Source of the DNA: a virus
IMG/VR virus record: IMGVR_UViG_3300044624_002142
Span: 32,001-96,000 of that record
Strand: one strand, 5' to 3'
Length of the DNA stretch: 64,000 nt
Shown: positions 10,538 to 20,879 of the stretch, one piece after another
Position numbering within the stretch: the first letter of the stretch is position 1
Layout of the letters: each line of letters starts with the position of its first letter
Made by a program: the position numbers and the translations under genes
Notes under the pieces: model-generated
Seen by the model: the letters and a program-made list of their open reading frames with translations, nothing else
The model's database searches: none
Told to the model about the DNA's origin: nothing

Positions 10538-11407
10538 ATGGCAATCGACTTGTCTAAAATCAAGAGCCGTTTGAACTCCCTTTCAAACACAAATAATAAG
10601 ACTCAAATTATTTGGAAGCCAAAGCCCGGTAAGCAAACTATTCGTATCGTACCTTATCGATATCAACCAGATACCCCGTTTATTGAACTCAAGTTCCATT
10701 ACGGCATCAATAACAAGACTTATCTATCGCCTGATAGCTTTAATCGTCCTGATCCTATCGTCGAGTTTAGCAATAGACTCAAGAAGACTGGCTCCAAGGA
10801 AGATTGGCAGACCGGACGTAAGATGGAACCCAAGATGCGTACTTTCGCGCCAGTGATCGTTCGTGGTGAAGAACATGAAGGTGTCAAGTTCTGGGGATTC
10901 GGAAAGCAGGTCTATCAAGAGATTCTATCGGTTATGGCTGACCCAGATTACGGTGATATTAGTGATCTATCGTCAGGACGTGATATCGTTGTTGAGTTTC
11001 GTACCGCTGATGACAGTGGTAAGAGTTATCCGGAAACTTCAATTCGTGTAAAGCCTAACTCTACACCAGCTGTTGATCCTAAGGATACTAAGATGATTGA
11101 GGCAATCAAGAGTCAGCCAGACATTCTTGATTTGTTCCCAGAACCTAAGTATGATGAACTTAAGGAGGTTATGAATGCATGGCTAAATCCAGAGGAAGCT
11201 CAGTCTGAGACCGTCACTAACTCAGTTGTTGACGAAGAGGATACTCAACCAGTCGCTGTAGCAGCTATTGCTCAGTCGGACGATGTGAGTACTAAGTCTC
11301 CAACTCCTAGTAAGCCCGCAAGTACTGGTAAGTCTCCAAGTGCTAGTTCAGCAAAGTCAAACACCGAAGACCTAACAAAGGCGTTTGATAATTTGTTCAG
11401 TAATTAA
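10538..11407 (+). CDS. Single-stranded DNA-binding protein (T4 gp32-like)
   Basis: 'WKPKPGKQTIRIVP', 'GVKFWGFGKQVY', 'DYGDISDLSSGRDI', acidic tail 'AFDNLFSN'; next to UvsX. Confidence 0.85.
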   Translation: MAIDLSKIKSRLNSLSNTNNKTQIIWKPKPGKQTIRIVPYRYQPDTPFIELKFHYGINNKTYLSPDSFNRPDPIVEFSNRLKKTGSKEDWQTGRKMEPKMRTFAPVIVRGEEHEGVKFWGFGKQVYQEILSVMADPDYGDISDLSSGRDIVVEFRTADDSGKSYPETSIRVKPNSTPAVDPKDTKMIEAIKSQPDILDLFPEPKYDELKEVMNAWLNPEEAQSETVTNSVVDEEDTQPVAVAAIAQSDDVSTKSPTPSKPASTGKSPSASSAKSNTEDLTKAFDNLFSN

Positions 11408-11418
11408 TAAATCACAAT

Positions 11419-11455
11419 AGGAGAGGTGATGGGCAAACTGTCACCTCTCCTTTTT
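11419..11455 (+). terminator. Rho-independent terminator
   Basis: GGAGAGGTGA...TCACCTCTCC stem followed by TTTTT. Confidence 0.85.
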
Positions 11456-11471
11456 AGTTTTCAAAAAAGTT

Positions 11472-12668
11472 ATGACAGAAGATACACAAAAAAAGAAAAA
11501 GAAATCAACTCATGTAACTCATGAAGTTGAATCACAACGAGATGAACTAGTTGAGTCTCTCGCTGATGTTCTAAACAAGGCCAATAAAGACGCAGGCAAG
11601 TGTGCGTTTTTCTTGGATCAAAAGGAAGATCCATCCACGATTACGGATTGGATCAGTACAGGTTGCGACATATTGGATCTCGCAATTTCAAATCGTCCAC
11701 ATGCAGGTATTCCAGTTGGACGTATAACCGAAGTTACTGGACTTGAAGCATCGGGTAAGAGTTTGTTGGCAGCTCATTTGCTTGCGGAAACTCAAAAGAA
11801 GGGCGGACTTGCAGTGTTTATTGACACAGAACAATCAGTTTCACAAGACTTTTTGGCTGCAATTGGAGTTAACGTACCAAAGATGTTGTATGTTGATGCT
11901 CACACGGTAGAAGACATCTTTGAAAAGATTGAAACACTGATTGCTCATGTTCGTAAGTCAAATCGAGATCGTCTTGTTACAATCGTTGTTGATAGTGTTG
12001 CTGCTGCATCAACCAAGGGAGAATTGGAAGCAGATCATGGTAAGGATGGTTTTGCTACTGGTAAGGCAATTATCATTTCTAAGGCGATGCGTAAGATTAA
12101 CGATATGATTGGTAGACAACGTATTGCGTTGATTTTCACTAATCAGCTACGTGTAAATCTTCAGGCAGCAATGTTTGGAGACAAGTATACTACTAGTGGT
12201 GGTAAGGCTATTCAGTATCATGCTAGTGTTCGTCTTCGTTTGAAGGGTATGGGAGCACTGAAGGTTACTCAGAATGGTGAACCAGCCCATATTGGTGTCA
12301 AGACACGAGCAGTCGTTGTAAAGAATCGTATGGGTCCGCCTATGAGATTTGCTGACTTTAATATCTACTTTGATAGTGGCATTGATAATTATGGTAACTG
12401 GATTGAGGTGTTGAAGAAACACTCAATTATTACAGGAGCGAAATCACCATATTCTTATACTAAGAACAATGGTGAAATTGTTAAGATCGATACCAAGACG
12501 TTTGCTAAGGACGTAAAGGTTGATAACGAACTTCGTGAGGAGCTGTATCAAAAGATTGCTGATGTTACGATCATGAAGTATAAGTCACCTGACAGTGAAA
12601 TTCGTGAGGATGTGGAAGTAGATTCTTCTGAAGATGCAGAAGAAGTTGGTGGAGAAGCTGAAGAATAA
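11472..12668 (+). CDS. uvsX: RecA/UvsX recombinase
   Basis: Walker A 'GLEASGKS', 'FIDTE', 'VVDSVAA', 'FTNQLR', 'SGGKAIQYHASVRL', 'VVKNRMGPP'. Confidence 0.95.
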   Translation: MTEDTQKKKKKSTHVTHEVESQRDELVESLADVLNKANKDAGKCAFFLDQKEDPSTITDWISTGCDILDLAISNRPHAGIPVGRITEVTGLEASGKSLLAAHLLAETQKKGGLAVFIDTEQSVSQDFLAAIGVNVPKMLYVDAHTVEDIFEKIETLIAHVRKSNRDRLVTIVVDSVAAASTKGELEADHGKDGFATGKAIIISKAMRKINDMIGRQRIALIFTNQLRVNLQAAMFGDKYTTSGGKAIQYHASVRLRLKGMGALKVTQNGEPAHIGVKTRAVVVKNRMGPPMRFADFNIYFDSGIDNYGNWIEVLKKHSIITGAKSPYSYTKNNGEIVKIDTKTFAKDVKVDNELREELYQKIADVTIMKYKSPDSEIREDVEVDSSEDAEEVGGEAEE

Positions 12669-12674
12669 TAATAT

Positions 12675-13739
12675 ATGAGTTTTAATCAAGACGAAAAAAA
12701 GAGATTGTTCTCTATCTTTGAAAATATTTCACAAGAAGATAAGAATAAAGTATCTAATCGAAATCAAAATTCCGATATTCTCTTGATCGATGCGCTCAAT
12801 ACATTTATTCGTGCTTATTCGGTAATGCCATCCATGAATGAAGATGGTCTTCATACGGGTGGCATTGCCGGATTTCTTAAAAGTATGGGATATGCAATTA
12901 AATTGCTTAACCCTACCCGATGTGTTGTTATATTTGATGGTAATGGTGGAAGCATGAAGCGTCGTAAGATTTATCCACAATACAAAGATAAACGACACAC
13001 AAAAATTCGTCTTAACAGAGCATATTCAGAGTTGTCTACATCTGACGTAGAAGAAAAGAATATGAAATCTCAATTGTTGAGGTCAGTTCATTATTTGGAT
13101 TGTTTGCCAGTTTCAACTATGGCAATTGACCACATTGAAGCAGACGATACTATTGCTTATATTGCGCAACAATACTGCAAGGATAGTAATGTTACTATAA
13201 TGAGCGCTGACAAAGATTTTCTACAATTAGCCAGTGAAAAAGTCAAGATTTGGAGTCCTACTAAAAAGAAACTATATGGATGTGCTGAGATTCTAAATGA
13301 ATACGGCGTTAGTTGTCAAAATTATATTTGGTATAGAGTTTTAGAAGGAGACGTATCTGATAATATCGACGGCATACAAGGAGCTGGCTTAAAAACGGTC
13401 ATCAAGTGTTTTCCTTTTTTTGCCGAGAATCGACATGTAGAACTAGACGAGATTTATAATTACTGTGAAAATAATCAAAGTAAGTATAAATTGTATCGTA
13501 CCATACTTGAAAACAAAGATGTTGTAGAACGTAACTATACGTTGATGCAGTTGAAAGACACGGAGGTTCAAAGTTTCTCACAACTCCGTATTAATGAAAT
13601 ACTAGATAAGCCAACACAGAAGCTGGACCGAGTTAGTTTTTCTAAATTGGTCACTGAAGATAAAATGTGGAGTAACATTCCCAATTACCAAATATGGCTC
13701 AATGAATGTTTTGGTAAGTTGACCACGTTGGTGAGATAA
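12675..13739 (+). CDS. 5'-3' exonuclease / flap endonuclease (T4 RNase H / PolI N-terminal-like)
   Basis: 'LLIDALN', 'FDG', 'YKDKR', 'EADDTIAY', 'SADKDFLQL', 'GDVSDNIDGIQGAGLKT'. Confidence 0.92.
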   Translation: MSFNQDEKKRLFSIFENISQEDKNKVSNRNQNSDILLIDALNTFIRAYSVMPSMNEDGLHTGGIAGFLKSMGYAIKLLNPTRCVVIFDGNGGSMKRRKIYPQYKDKRHTKIRLNRAYSELSTSDVEEKNMKSQLLRSVHYLDCLPVSTMAIDHIEADDTIAYIAQQYCKDSNVTIMSADKDFLQLASEKVKIWSPTKKKLYGCAEILNEYGVSCQNYIWYRVLEGDVSDNIDGIQGAGLKTVIKCFPFFAENRHVELDEIYNYCENNQSKYKLYRTILENKDVVERNYTLMQLKDTEVQSFSQLRINEILDKPTQKLDRVSFSKLVTEDKMWSNIPNYQIWLNECFGKLTTLVR

Positions 13740-13811
13740 TAAATCAATAAAATAAGTATACAAATAGGAAAATATAACCTACACTGGTTATGTAGTAAAA
13801 TATTATTAATT

Positions 13812-15197
13812 ATGAGTGAAAATCACATTATAGACAATTTGAAGAAGTTTGGATCTGAATTCCAAATCAAATGCATATCTGGAATTCTTAGCGATAAGAC
13901 TTTCTTGGAGAGACTTTCTGATATCATTGATCCAACTTCATTTGAATCAGATGCACATCAATGGATTGTAAAACAAACTGTATCGTACTTTATGCATTAT
14001 AAAGATCTACCTACACTTAATGTATTTAAGATAAAGGTGGATGGAATTGAAAACAACGTATTGAAGGAAAGTGTTGTTTCACAACTTCGTAATGTGTATC
14101 AAAAAATCACAGATAGTGATTTGAAGTTTGTTAAAGAACAGTATCTTGAATTTTGTAAGAGTCAAAAACTCAAGAGTGCAATTATGGACAGTGTTAATTA
14201 TCTGAAACAGGGTAATTATGAACAAGTCAAAGCATTGGTTGACAATGCAATGAAGGCTGGAATGGAACGTAATATTGGTCATGACTATATGACTGAAGTT
14301 GAAAAACGTATGAGTGTTATGGCCCGTAACACGGTAAAGACCAACTGGAACGAGGTTGATACCATTATGGACGGTGGACTGGCGGCTGGTGAACTTGGAA
14401 TTATTACGGCTTGTGCTGGTGCTGGAAAAAGTTGGGTTCTTGCCAAGATGGGGGCTGAGGCGATGAAACAAGGTAAGAACGTAGTTCATTTTACTCTTGA
14501 GTTGAATGAAAACTATGTGGGTCTTCGTTATGATAGTTGTTTTACCGGAATTGATTTCCAAAATATTCGTAACAATGTAGATATTGTCCGTAAGAAGATC
14601 GAACAAGTGCCTGGCAAGTTGTTCATCAAGTATTTTCCAATTAAGACTGTCAGTGCACATCATTTGAAGATGCATGTCGAACGTATTGCTATGTTGGGAA
14701 GTAAGATTGATATGATTGTCGTCGATTATGCTGATATTCTACGACCTTATCAGAGTGACCGTAATAGCAATAGTTACAGTGAAGCAGGTGGTATATATGA
14801 GGAACTTCGTAGTGTTGCGGGTGAATTGCAAGTACCTATTTGGAGTGCTTCACAGAGTAATCGTGCTGCTATGGATGAAGATATTATTCAGGCAAACAAT
14901 ATTTCGGATTCATATCGTAAGATCATGACAGCTGACTTTGTTATGTCACTTAGTCGTAAAGTTACCGATAAAGTTGCTAATACTGCACGGTTTCATATTA
15001 TTAAGAATCGTTTTGGTCCTGATGGACTGACATTTCCTGCCAGAATGAACGCTGGATGTGGTGATATTCAAATTTTTGCTGAAAATTCGAAGGATGGTAT
15101 GGCTATTATTAACGAAATGGGAGACAGTGAGAATTTGGTTAAGAAGGCATTGTCAAACAAGTGGAATACTCACATGGGAGATGATGATGATGAATGA
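13812..15197 (+). CDS. Replicative DnaB-family helicase (gp41-like)
   Basis: Walker A 'ACAGAGKS', 'FTLEL', 'VVDYAD', 'SASQSNR', 'KNRFG'. Confidence 0.92.
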   Translation: MSENHIIDNLKKFGSEFQIKCISGILSDKTFLERLSDIIDPTSFESDAHQWIVKQTVSYFMHYKDLPTLNVFKIKVDGIENNVLKESVVSQLRNVYQKITDSDLKFVKEQYLEFCKSQKLKSAIMDSVNYLKQGNYEQVKALVDNAMKAGMERNIGHDYMTEVEKRMSVMARNTVKTNWNEVDTIMDGGLAAGELGIITACAGAGKSWVLAKMGAEAMKQGKNVVHFTLELNENYVGLRYDSCFTGIDFQNIRNNVDIVRKKIEQVPGKLFIKYFPIKTVSAHHLKMHVERIAMLGSKIDMIVVDYADILRPYQSDRNSNSYSEAGGIYEELRSVAGELQVPIWSASQSNRAAMDEDIIQANNISDSYRKIMTADFVMSLSRKVTDKVANTARFHIIKNRFGPDGLTFPARMNAGCGDIQIFAENSKDGMAIINEMGDSENLVKKALSNKWNTHMGDDDDE

Positions 15198-15294
15198 TAG
15201 TATGTAACAGTCGGAAAACATTAAAAAAATTATAAAAAATCAACATCAACATATAAAATTTAGAGTGAAAGTATCATAGTTATTTTTTGTCTAT

Positions 15295-17595
15295 ATGAAA
15301 AAAGAAATCTTTATTAAAAAAAGAAGCGGATTATTGGAAAAATTCAATGCTGATAAAATCAACAAGGTTTTACAATGGGCAACTGAAGGTATTAAGAATG
15401 TCTCGTTTGAAGAAGTCGCAATGAACGCACATTTGTCGTTCTTTGATGGAATGTCATCTGGTGCAATTCATGCAATGTTGATTGAAGCTGCCTCAAATTT
15501 GATTTCAATCGAAAAGCCAAATTATCAATTTGTGGCATCAAGGTTGATGAACTACCAACTTCGTAAAAAGGTGTGGGGAGGAAAGAATCCTCCTAAGTTG
15601 TATGATCTTTTAAAGACCAATATTGATAAGTTGGTGTACGATGACGCTATCTTGGATTGGTATTCCAAAAAGGATTTTGACAAATTGGATGAATATTTGA
15701 AGCATGATCGTGACTTTGATTTTTCTTATGCTGGAATCAAACAGTTGTGTGACAAGTATCTGATTCAAAACCGTAGTACTAAGGAGATCTACGAGACTCC
15801 GCAATTCGCTTATATGCTAATTGCAATGACTTTCTTCAAGGACTATAGTGATAACCGTATTGAGTACGTCAAGAAGGCCTATAACTACTTCAGCAAACAT
15901 AAGATCAACCTTCCAACTCCAATTATGGCAGGTGTTCGATCAGTTATGAAGAGTTATGCTTCATGCAGTTTGTTTACCGTTGATGATACACTCAAAAGTA
16001 TCTTCAGCAACAACACTGCTGTTGGATTTGCAACCGCTAGTCGTTATGGAATCGGACTCAATTTGAGTCGTTTGCGTGCTACAAACGCCCCAATCCGTAA
16101 TGGTGAAGTGATTCATACCGGCCCAATTCCTTTTGCCAAGGCTTTTGAGTCTACTGTGAAGTGTTGTCACCAGAATGGTATTCGTGGCGGTAGTGCAACA
16201 GTCAATTTTGCATGGTTTCACTACGACATCATGGATATTTTGGTATTGAAGAACAACGCTGGAACGGATGATAACCGTGTTCGTAAGTTGGATTACTGTA
16301 TTGGTCTTGATAAGTTGATCTTTGAACGCTTCTTGGAAAACAAGGACGTGACATTGTTCAGTTATCATGAGTGTGCAAGTCTCTGGAACACATTTGGATA
16401 TCCCGAATTTAAGGAGAAGTATGAAAAGGCTGAAGCTAACAAGAACATCAAGTTCAAGAAGACGGTCAAAGCTCGTGAATTGATGGGTCTTCTTGCTAAG
16501 GAACGTCTTGAAACCGGGCGTATTTACACAATGTTCGTGGATCATGCAAATGAACACGGTAGTTGGTTAGATCAAGTTGATACGAGCAATCTTTGTCTTG
16601 AGGTGAATCATCCTTTGATTCCTATTGAGGATGTGAATGATCCTAATGGTGAGATTGGCGTGTGTATTTTGGCCGCTGTAAATTGGTTGGAGATCAAGGA
16701 TGACGATGAAATGAAGAACGTTTGTGACGTTATCGTTCGTATGTTGGATTCTTTGATTGAACACCAGAACTATTTCGTTCCTGCTGCTGAAAACTTCGCT
16801 AAAAAGCGTCGTAGTCTTGGTGTTGGAGTGAGTAACTTGGCTGCTCTACTTGCTAGAGAGGGTTTGAAGTATTGGGATAAGGATGCTCCAAACTTTGTTG
16901 CCAAGTGGATGGAGAAGATGAGTTACTACTTGATTGAAGCGAGTGTTGAAATGGCTAAGGAACGTGGTGTATGTGAAAAGTTTGATCGTACTAAGTTCAG
17001 TAAAGGTATTTTGCCAATCGATACATACAAGAAGGACATTAATGAATTCATTACTGAACCATTACACATGGATTGGGAAGGATTGCGTGTTAAGATTAAA
17101 CAACATGGAATGCGTCATAGTACATTGACTGCTTGTATGCCTGTTGAATCCAGCAGTGTTATTCAGAGTAGTACCAATGGAATCGAACCTCCACGTAGTT
17201 TGATTAGTTACAAGGGCAGTAAGGCTAACATTTTGCCGGTAGTGGTACCTGGCATCGATAAGTATAGTGAAAATTATACGTTTGCGTTTGACATGCCGGA
17301 TAATAGTGGGTACCTTAAGGTAGCAGCTGCTATTCAGAAGTTTACTGATATGAGCATCAGCACCAATACGTACTATGTTCCGTCACGTTATTCTCAAAAC
17401 AAAGTTCCTGTTCAAGAGGTAATTAAGGATATTTTGTTGGCATACAAGTATGGTATCAAAAATCTGTATTATGCTAATACAGATGACGGTGACAAACAGA
17501 CTGCAATGGAAGATAATAAACAAAACGTTAAAGTTATTGAACCTAAAATTGAAGAAGAGTCAACTGGGTGTTCCAGTGGGGCTTGTGCTATGTAA
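15295..17595 (+). CDS. nrdA: Ribonucleotide reductase class Ia alpha subunit with ATP cone
   Basis: N-terminal ATP cone 'IKKRSG..EKFNADKI', 'PTPIMAG', 'ASC', 'SNLCLE', 'NGIEPP', C-terminal 'CSSGACAM'. Confidence 0.97.
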   Translation: MKKEIFIKKRSGLLEKFNADKINKVLQWATEGIKNVSFEEVAMNAHLSFFDGMSSGAIHAMLIEAASNLISIEKPNYQFVASRLMNYQLRKKVWGGKNPPKLYDLLKTNIDKLVYDDAILDWYSKKDFDKLDEYLKHDRDFDFSYAGIKQLCDKYLIQNRSTKEIYETPQFAYMLIAMTFFKDYSDNRIEYVKKAYNYFSKHKINLPTPIMAGVRSVMKSYASCSLFTVDDTLKSIFSNNTAVGFATASRYGIGLNLSRLRATNAPIRNGEVIHTGPIPFAKAFESTVKCCHQNGIRGGSATVNFAWFHYDIMDILVLKNNAGTDDNRVRKLDYCIGLDKLIFERFLENKDVTLFSYHECASLWNTFGYPEFKEKYEKAEANKNIKFKKTVKARELMGLLAKERLETGRIYTMFVDHANEHGSWLDQVDTSNLCLEVNHPLIPIEDVNDPNGEIGVCILAAVNWLEIKDDDEMKNVCDVIVRMLDSLIEHQNYFVPAAENFAKKRRSLGVGVSNLAALLAREGLKYWDKDAPNFVAKWMEKMSYYLIEASVEMAKERGVCEKFDRTKFSKGILPIDTYKKDINEFITEPLHMDWEGLRVKIKQHGMRHSTLTACMPVESSSVIQSSTNGIEPPRSLISYKGSKANILPVVVPGIDKYSENYTFAFDMPDNSGYLKVAAAIQKFTDMSISTNTYYVPSRYSQNKVPVQEVIKDILLAYKYGIKNLYYANTDDGDKQTAMEDNKQNVKVIEPKIEEESTGCSSGACAM

Positions 17596-17598
17596 AAT

Positions 17599-18657
17599 AT
17601 GAAAACTGTATTGAATAAAAAGAATATCGACCAACTGAGAAACCCAATGTTTTTCGGTGAAGATCTATCTCTTCAGAGATATGATAAAATCAAATATCAA
17701 AAGTTCTATGATCTTTATGATCAACAACTCAACTTTTTTTGGCGTCCTCAAGAAGTGAACCTTGTAAAGGACATTAGTGACTACAAGGTGTTGTCTGATG
17801 AGGAACGGTTTGTGTTTGATAGCAATCTTAAGTTTCAGACCATGACCGACAGTATGTTGAGTCGTAGTATTCACGAATTGATGAAGCATTGTACAAATCC
17901 AGAACTGGAAATTTGTATGAATACTTGGTCGTTTTTTGAAACTATCCACAGTAACAGTTATACATACATTCTTAACAATGTTTATCCAGATGCTACCAAG
18001 TTCTTTGATAGTGTATTAGAAGACGAAGAAATTGTAAAACGCGCTAAAGCTATTAGTAAGAAGTATGACGAACTATTGGCACCATCAGATGACGTTAAAC
18101 AACAGTTGTTTGATGCTATTCTTGCTACGCAGATCACTGAGGGATTGATTTTCTATGTGAGTTTTGCTTGTAGTTTCTATTTTGGATTTCGTGGAAAGAT
18201 GGAGGGTAATAGTAAGATTATTAAGTTTATTAGCCGCGATGAAAATCTACACGTGGCTATTACCCAAAATATTATGAAGAACTGGATTAATAACCCAGAA
18301 GAAGGATTCCAAGATATTGTTAAGAAGAACGAAGACAAAATCTATGCTGCATATGAAATGGCAGTTAATGCAGAAAAAGACTGGGCTGATTATCTTTTCA
18401 GTAAAGGTAATCTAGTAGGTTTGACCAGTGAAAGTCTAAAACACTATATTGAATGGTTGGCAAACAATCGTTTATCTAGTATGGGATACAAAAAGATTTA
18501 CAGTAATGCTAAGGTAAATCCTCTATCTGGATGGTTGGATAGTTATTATGATAGTAAAAAGTTACAAGTTGCTCCTCAAGAAACAGAATTGAGTAGTTAT
18601 GTCAAAGGAGTGGATAATACCATCAATGATGATGCTTTTGATGGATTTAAACTCTAA
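17599..18657 (+). CDS. nrdB: Ribonucleotide reductase class Ia beta subunit
   Basis: 'FFWRPQEV', 'ETIHSNSY' (radical Tyr), 'EGLIFYVSF', 'RDENLH', 'QVAPQETE..SY'. Confidence 0.97.
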   Translation: MKTVLNKKNIDQLRNPMFFGEDLSLQRYDKIKYQKFYDLYDQQLNFFWRPQEVNLVKDISDYKVLSDEERFVFDSNLKFQTMTDSMLSRSIHELMKHCTNPELEICMNTWSFFETIHSNSYTYILNNVYPDATKFFDSVLEDEEIVKRAKAISKKYDELLAPSDDVKQQLFDAILATQITEGLIFYVSFACSFYFGFRGKMEGNSKIIKFISRDENLHVAITQNIMKNWINNPEEGFQDIVKKNEDKIYAAYEMAVNAEKDWADYLFSKGNLVGLTSESLKHYIEWLANNRLSSMGYKKIYSNAKVNPLSGWLDSYYDSKKLQVAPQETELSSYVKGVDNTINDDAFDGFKL

Positions 18658-18672
18658 TTGAGGTCAATTGTC

Positions 18673-18707
18673 AAAAAGAACACCCTCTAAAAGGGTGTTC
18701 TTTTTTT
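18673..18707 (+). terminator. Rho-independent (likely bidirectional) terminator
   Basis: AAAAAGAACACCCT-ctaaa-AGGGTGTTCTTTTTTT. Confidence 0.85.
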
Positions 18708-18729
18708 GTTATTATATGTAAACTTCGTA

Positions 18730-18737
18730 TATTTATA
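18730..18737 (+). promoter_or_regulatory. Putative late promoter (TATTTATA)
   Basis: Same motif at 24889 and TATTTATT at 7697, each just before a start codon; analogous to T4 late TATAAATA. Confidence 0.4.
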
Positions 18738-18745
18738 GGTATAAT

Positions 18746-19429
18746 ATGAAAATTGACCAATTCCGCCAACTTATTTCTGAGAGTATTAAGGAAGTTCTTG
18801 TAGAACGTGCTGAAAAAAAGAAACGTTTAAATGAAAACAAAAAACTTTCTGTATTGTTAAAGAGTTTGATTGCTGAAATAATTGAAGAAAAAACAATAGA
18901 GTTTGATAAAACATGTGTCCAGATGGAAGAAGAATTGAATAGATTGGCACAAGGCATCAATAAAACATATAGTGTTAAGAAAAACGATGCTGGAAACTTT
19001 GAATTATGTGGATGTGAACCATATCACATTCATATTAGACCACGTTGGAACAACAATTTTGAAATTTTGGCATACAAAGACAAAATTGATAGAACTAAGA
19101 AGATTGGATGTGATTATGACGAAGTAAAAGACTTTCTAAAGTCGTTTTTGACTAGCGATAAAGAAAATTATATTAATGCTGCATATAACAAATCAGCAGA
19201 AAATAGCGTTGATAAGGAAAAAAAGAAGAATCAAGGAGATAAACCGCAAGAAACTGATGAAAAAGTGGTGGATGCTGTTAAAAAGGAAGAAGATTTGCCA
19301 GATAAACCAATGCAAGATGTGAATCTTAAGAAGGTTGAAAAGCAATCTGATCACTCTTTGAAGGGCGAAAAGGCCAAATACAAGTATCCTAAACAAAAGG
19401 ATGACAACTTGACTGTTAAGTTTAAGTGA
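18746..19429 (+). CDS. Hypothetical charged protein, possible internal head protein
   Basis: N-terminal 'LISESIKEVLVE..LNE..LIAEIIEE' repeats; preceded by TATTTATA. Confidence 0.5.
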   Translation: MKIDQFRQLISESIKEVLVERAEKKKRLNENKKLSVLLKSLIAEIIEEKTIEFDKTCVQMEEELNRLAQGINKTYSVKKNDAGNFELCGCEPYHIHIRPRWNNNFEILAYKDKIDRTKKIGCDYDEVKDFLKSFLTSDKENYINAAYNKSAENSVDKEKKKNQGDKPQETDEKVVDAVKKEEDLPDKPMQDVNLKKVEKQSDHSLKGEKAKYKYPKQKDDNLTVKFK

Positions 19430-19483
19430 GTTGATCGAATATGGGTACAGTCTGTATGGTCAAACCACTGTCGGATAAAACCT

Positions 19484-19786
19484 ATGAAAAAAATTATTAC
19501 TAAATCATTGTTAGTTGCCGCATTACTCAGTACTTTTTCTGTTAATGCCGGTCACTTCAGTTGGGGAGTTTCCATTGGATTTGGTGGACCAGTATATTGT
19601 CCACCACCAGTTGTTTATGCTCCCGTGGTTTATCAGCCACAAGTGGTCGTAGTCCAACAACCGGTGGTTCAACATGTAGTGTATCCACAACCAGTGGTTA
19701 TAGTTGCTCCACCGCCGGTAGTTTATTATCCATCTCCTACGATCTGGATTGGTGGTGGTCACCATCATCATGGACATAGACGTTAA
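19484..19786 (+). CDS. Secreted Pro/Val-rich (PXPV-repeat-like) protein
   Basis: Signal peptide 'MKKIITKSLLVAALLSTFSVNA', 'WGVSIG', PPPVVY repeats, His-rich tail. Confidence 0.7.
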   Translation: MKKIITKSLLVAALLSTFSVNAGHFSWGVSIGFGGPVYCPPPVVYAPVVYQPQVVVVQQPVVQHVVYPQPVVIVAPPPVVYYPSPTIWIGGGHHHHGHRR

Positions 19787-19809
19787 ATTTGATTCAAAAA
19801 ACTACTTTG

Positions 19810-19839
19810 AAAGCCGCTGAAAAAAACAGCGGCTTTTTT
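19810..19839 (+). terminator. Rho-independent terminator
   Basis: AAAGCCGCTG-A7-CAGCGGCTTTTTT. Confidence 0.85.
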
Positions 19840-19840
19840 G

Positions 19841-19868
19841 TTGACTTCTTTTAAAGTTGGTGTAGGAT
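19841..19868 (+). promoter_or_regulatory. sigma70-like promoter of AAA+ gene
   Basis: TTGACT-16nt-TAGGAT; shares TGGTGTAGGATA with the promoter at 20842. Confidence 0.55.
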
Positions 19869-19884
19869 AAAGAAAATTAAGTTT

Positions 19885-20832
19885 ATGAAAAACACTAACA
19901 AGTCATTCAATCAAATCCTCGATTCTGCTCTTTCTAAGAAGCCGGATAATGTTATTATTTCGGACATCAAGTGGAAGTATCTCGTTCGATCCGTTCTTTA
20001 TGGAAAGAACGTGTTGATGGTTGGACCTACCGGATGTGGCAAGACGCTTGCTGCCCAAACAGTTGCCAAGACATTTAACCGTCCATTCTTTTACTTCAAC
20101 ATGGGGTCTACCCAAGATGCTCGTAGTGCTCTTATTGGTAATACTCACTTTGAAAAGGAAACGGGAACAATTTTCAGTGAATCTACTTTTGTAAAGGCAA
20201 TTCAAACTCCAAACGCTGTTATTCTGTTGGATGAAATTAGTCGTGCTCATCACGACGCTGCAAACATCATGATGACTGTACTTGATACTCTTCAACGATA
20301 TCTTCGATTGGATGAAAAGAAGGACAGTGAAGTTGTTAATGTTGCATCTGGTGTATGTTTCATTGGAACGGCTAATATTGGCAATCAATATACTGCTACC
20401 CGTGTTATGGACCGTGCTCTTATGGATCGATTCTCTGTTAAGATTGAAATGGACTTTCTTGACAAACAGTCCGAATTCACTTTGATGATCAATCGATTTG
20501 GAATTGATACAAATGATACGAATTTGGTTAATACGATTACTTCTATCTGTGATATTTCCGCTCATACCCGTGATCAATATCGCCAGGAAGATGGCAAGAT
20601 TACCAACTTTGTTTCAACTCGAGCGGTTTGTGAAATGGTTGAACTTGCCAAGGATGGATTTAGTCTTAAGGAAATTGCTGAAAGCGTAATCTATCCGGAG
20701 TTTTCTTCTGATGGTGGAGTTGATAGTGAACGTACTTACATCAAACAAGTTGTTCAAAAGTATGTTCCAAGTGAAGCTACAAATGATCCGTTGATGAACG
20801 ATCCGTTGAAGAAGAATCAACCTCCTTTCTAA
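19885..20832 (+). CDS. MoxR/CobS-like AAA+ ATPase
   Basis: Walker A 'GPTGCGKT', Walker B 'ILLDEISRA', 'GTAN', 'DRALMDRF'. Confidence 0.9.
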   Translation: MKNTNKSFNQILDSALSKKPDNVIISDIKWKYLVRSVLYGKNVLMVGPTGCGKTLAAQTVAKTFNRPFFYFNMGSTQDARSALIGNTHFEKETGTIFSESTFVKAIQTPNAVILLDEISRAHHDAANIMMTVLDTLQRYLRLDEKKDSEVVNVASGVCFIGTANIGNQYTATRVMDRALMDRFSVKIEMDFLDKQSEFTLMINRFGIDTNDTNLVNTITSICDISAHTRDQYRQEDGKITNFVSTRAVCEMVELAKDGFSLKEIAESVIYPEFSSDGGVDSERTYIKQVVQKYVPSEATNDPLMNDPLKKNQPPF

Positions 20833-20841
20833 AAAAAGTCA

Positions 20842-20870
20842 TTGACTTTGTTATAATGCTGGTGTAGGAT
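20842..20870 (+). promoter_or_regulatory. sigma70-like promoter of VWA gene
   Basis: TTGACT-17nt-TAGGAT. Confidence 0.6.
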
Positions 20871-20879
20871 ATTAACACA

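Noticed and set aside
19430-19483. sigma54-like site upstream of the secreted Pro-rich gene
   Set aside because: GG-N10-GC spacing is not satisfied
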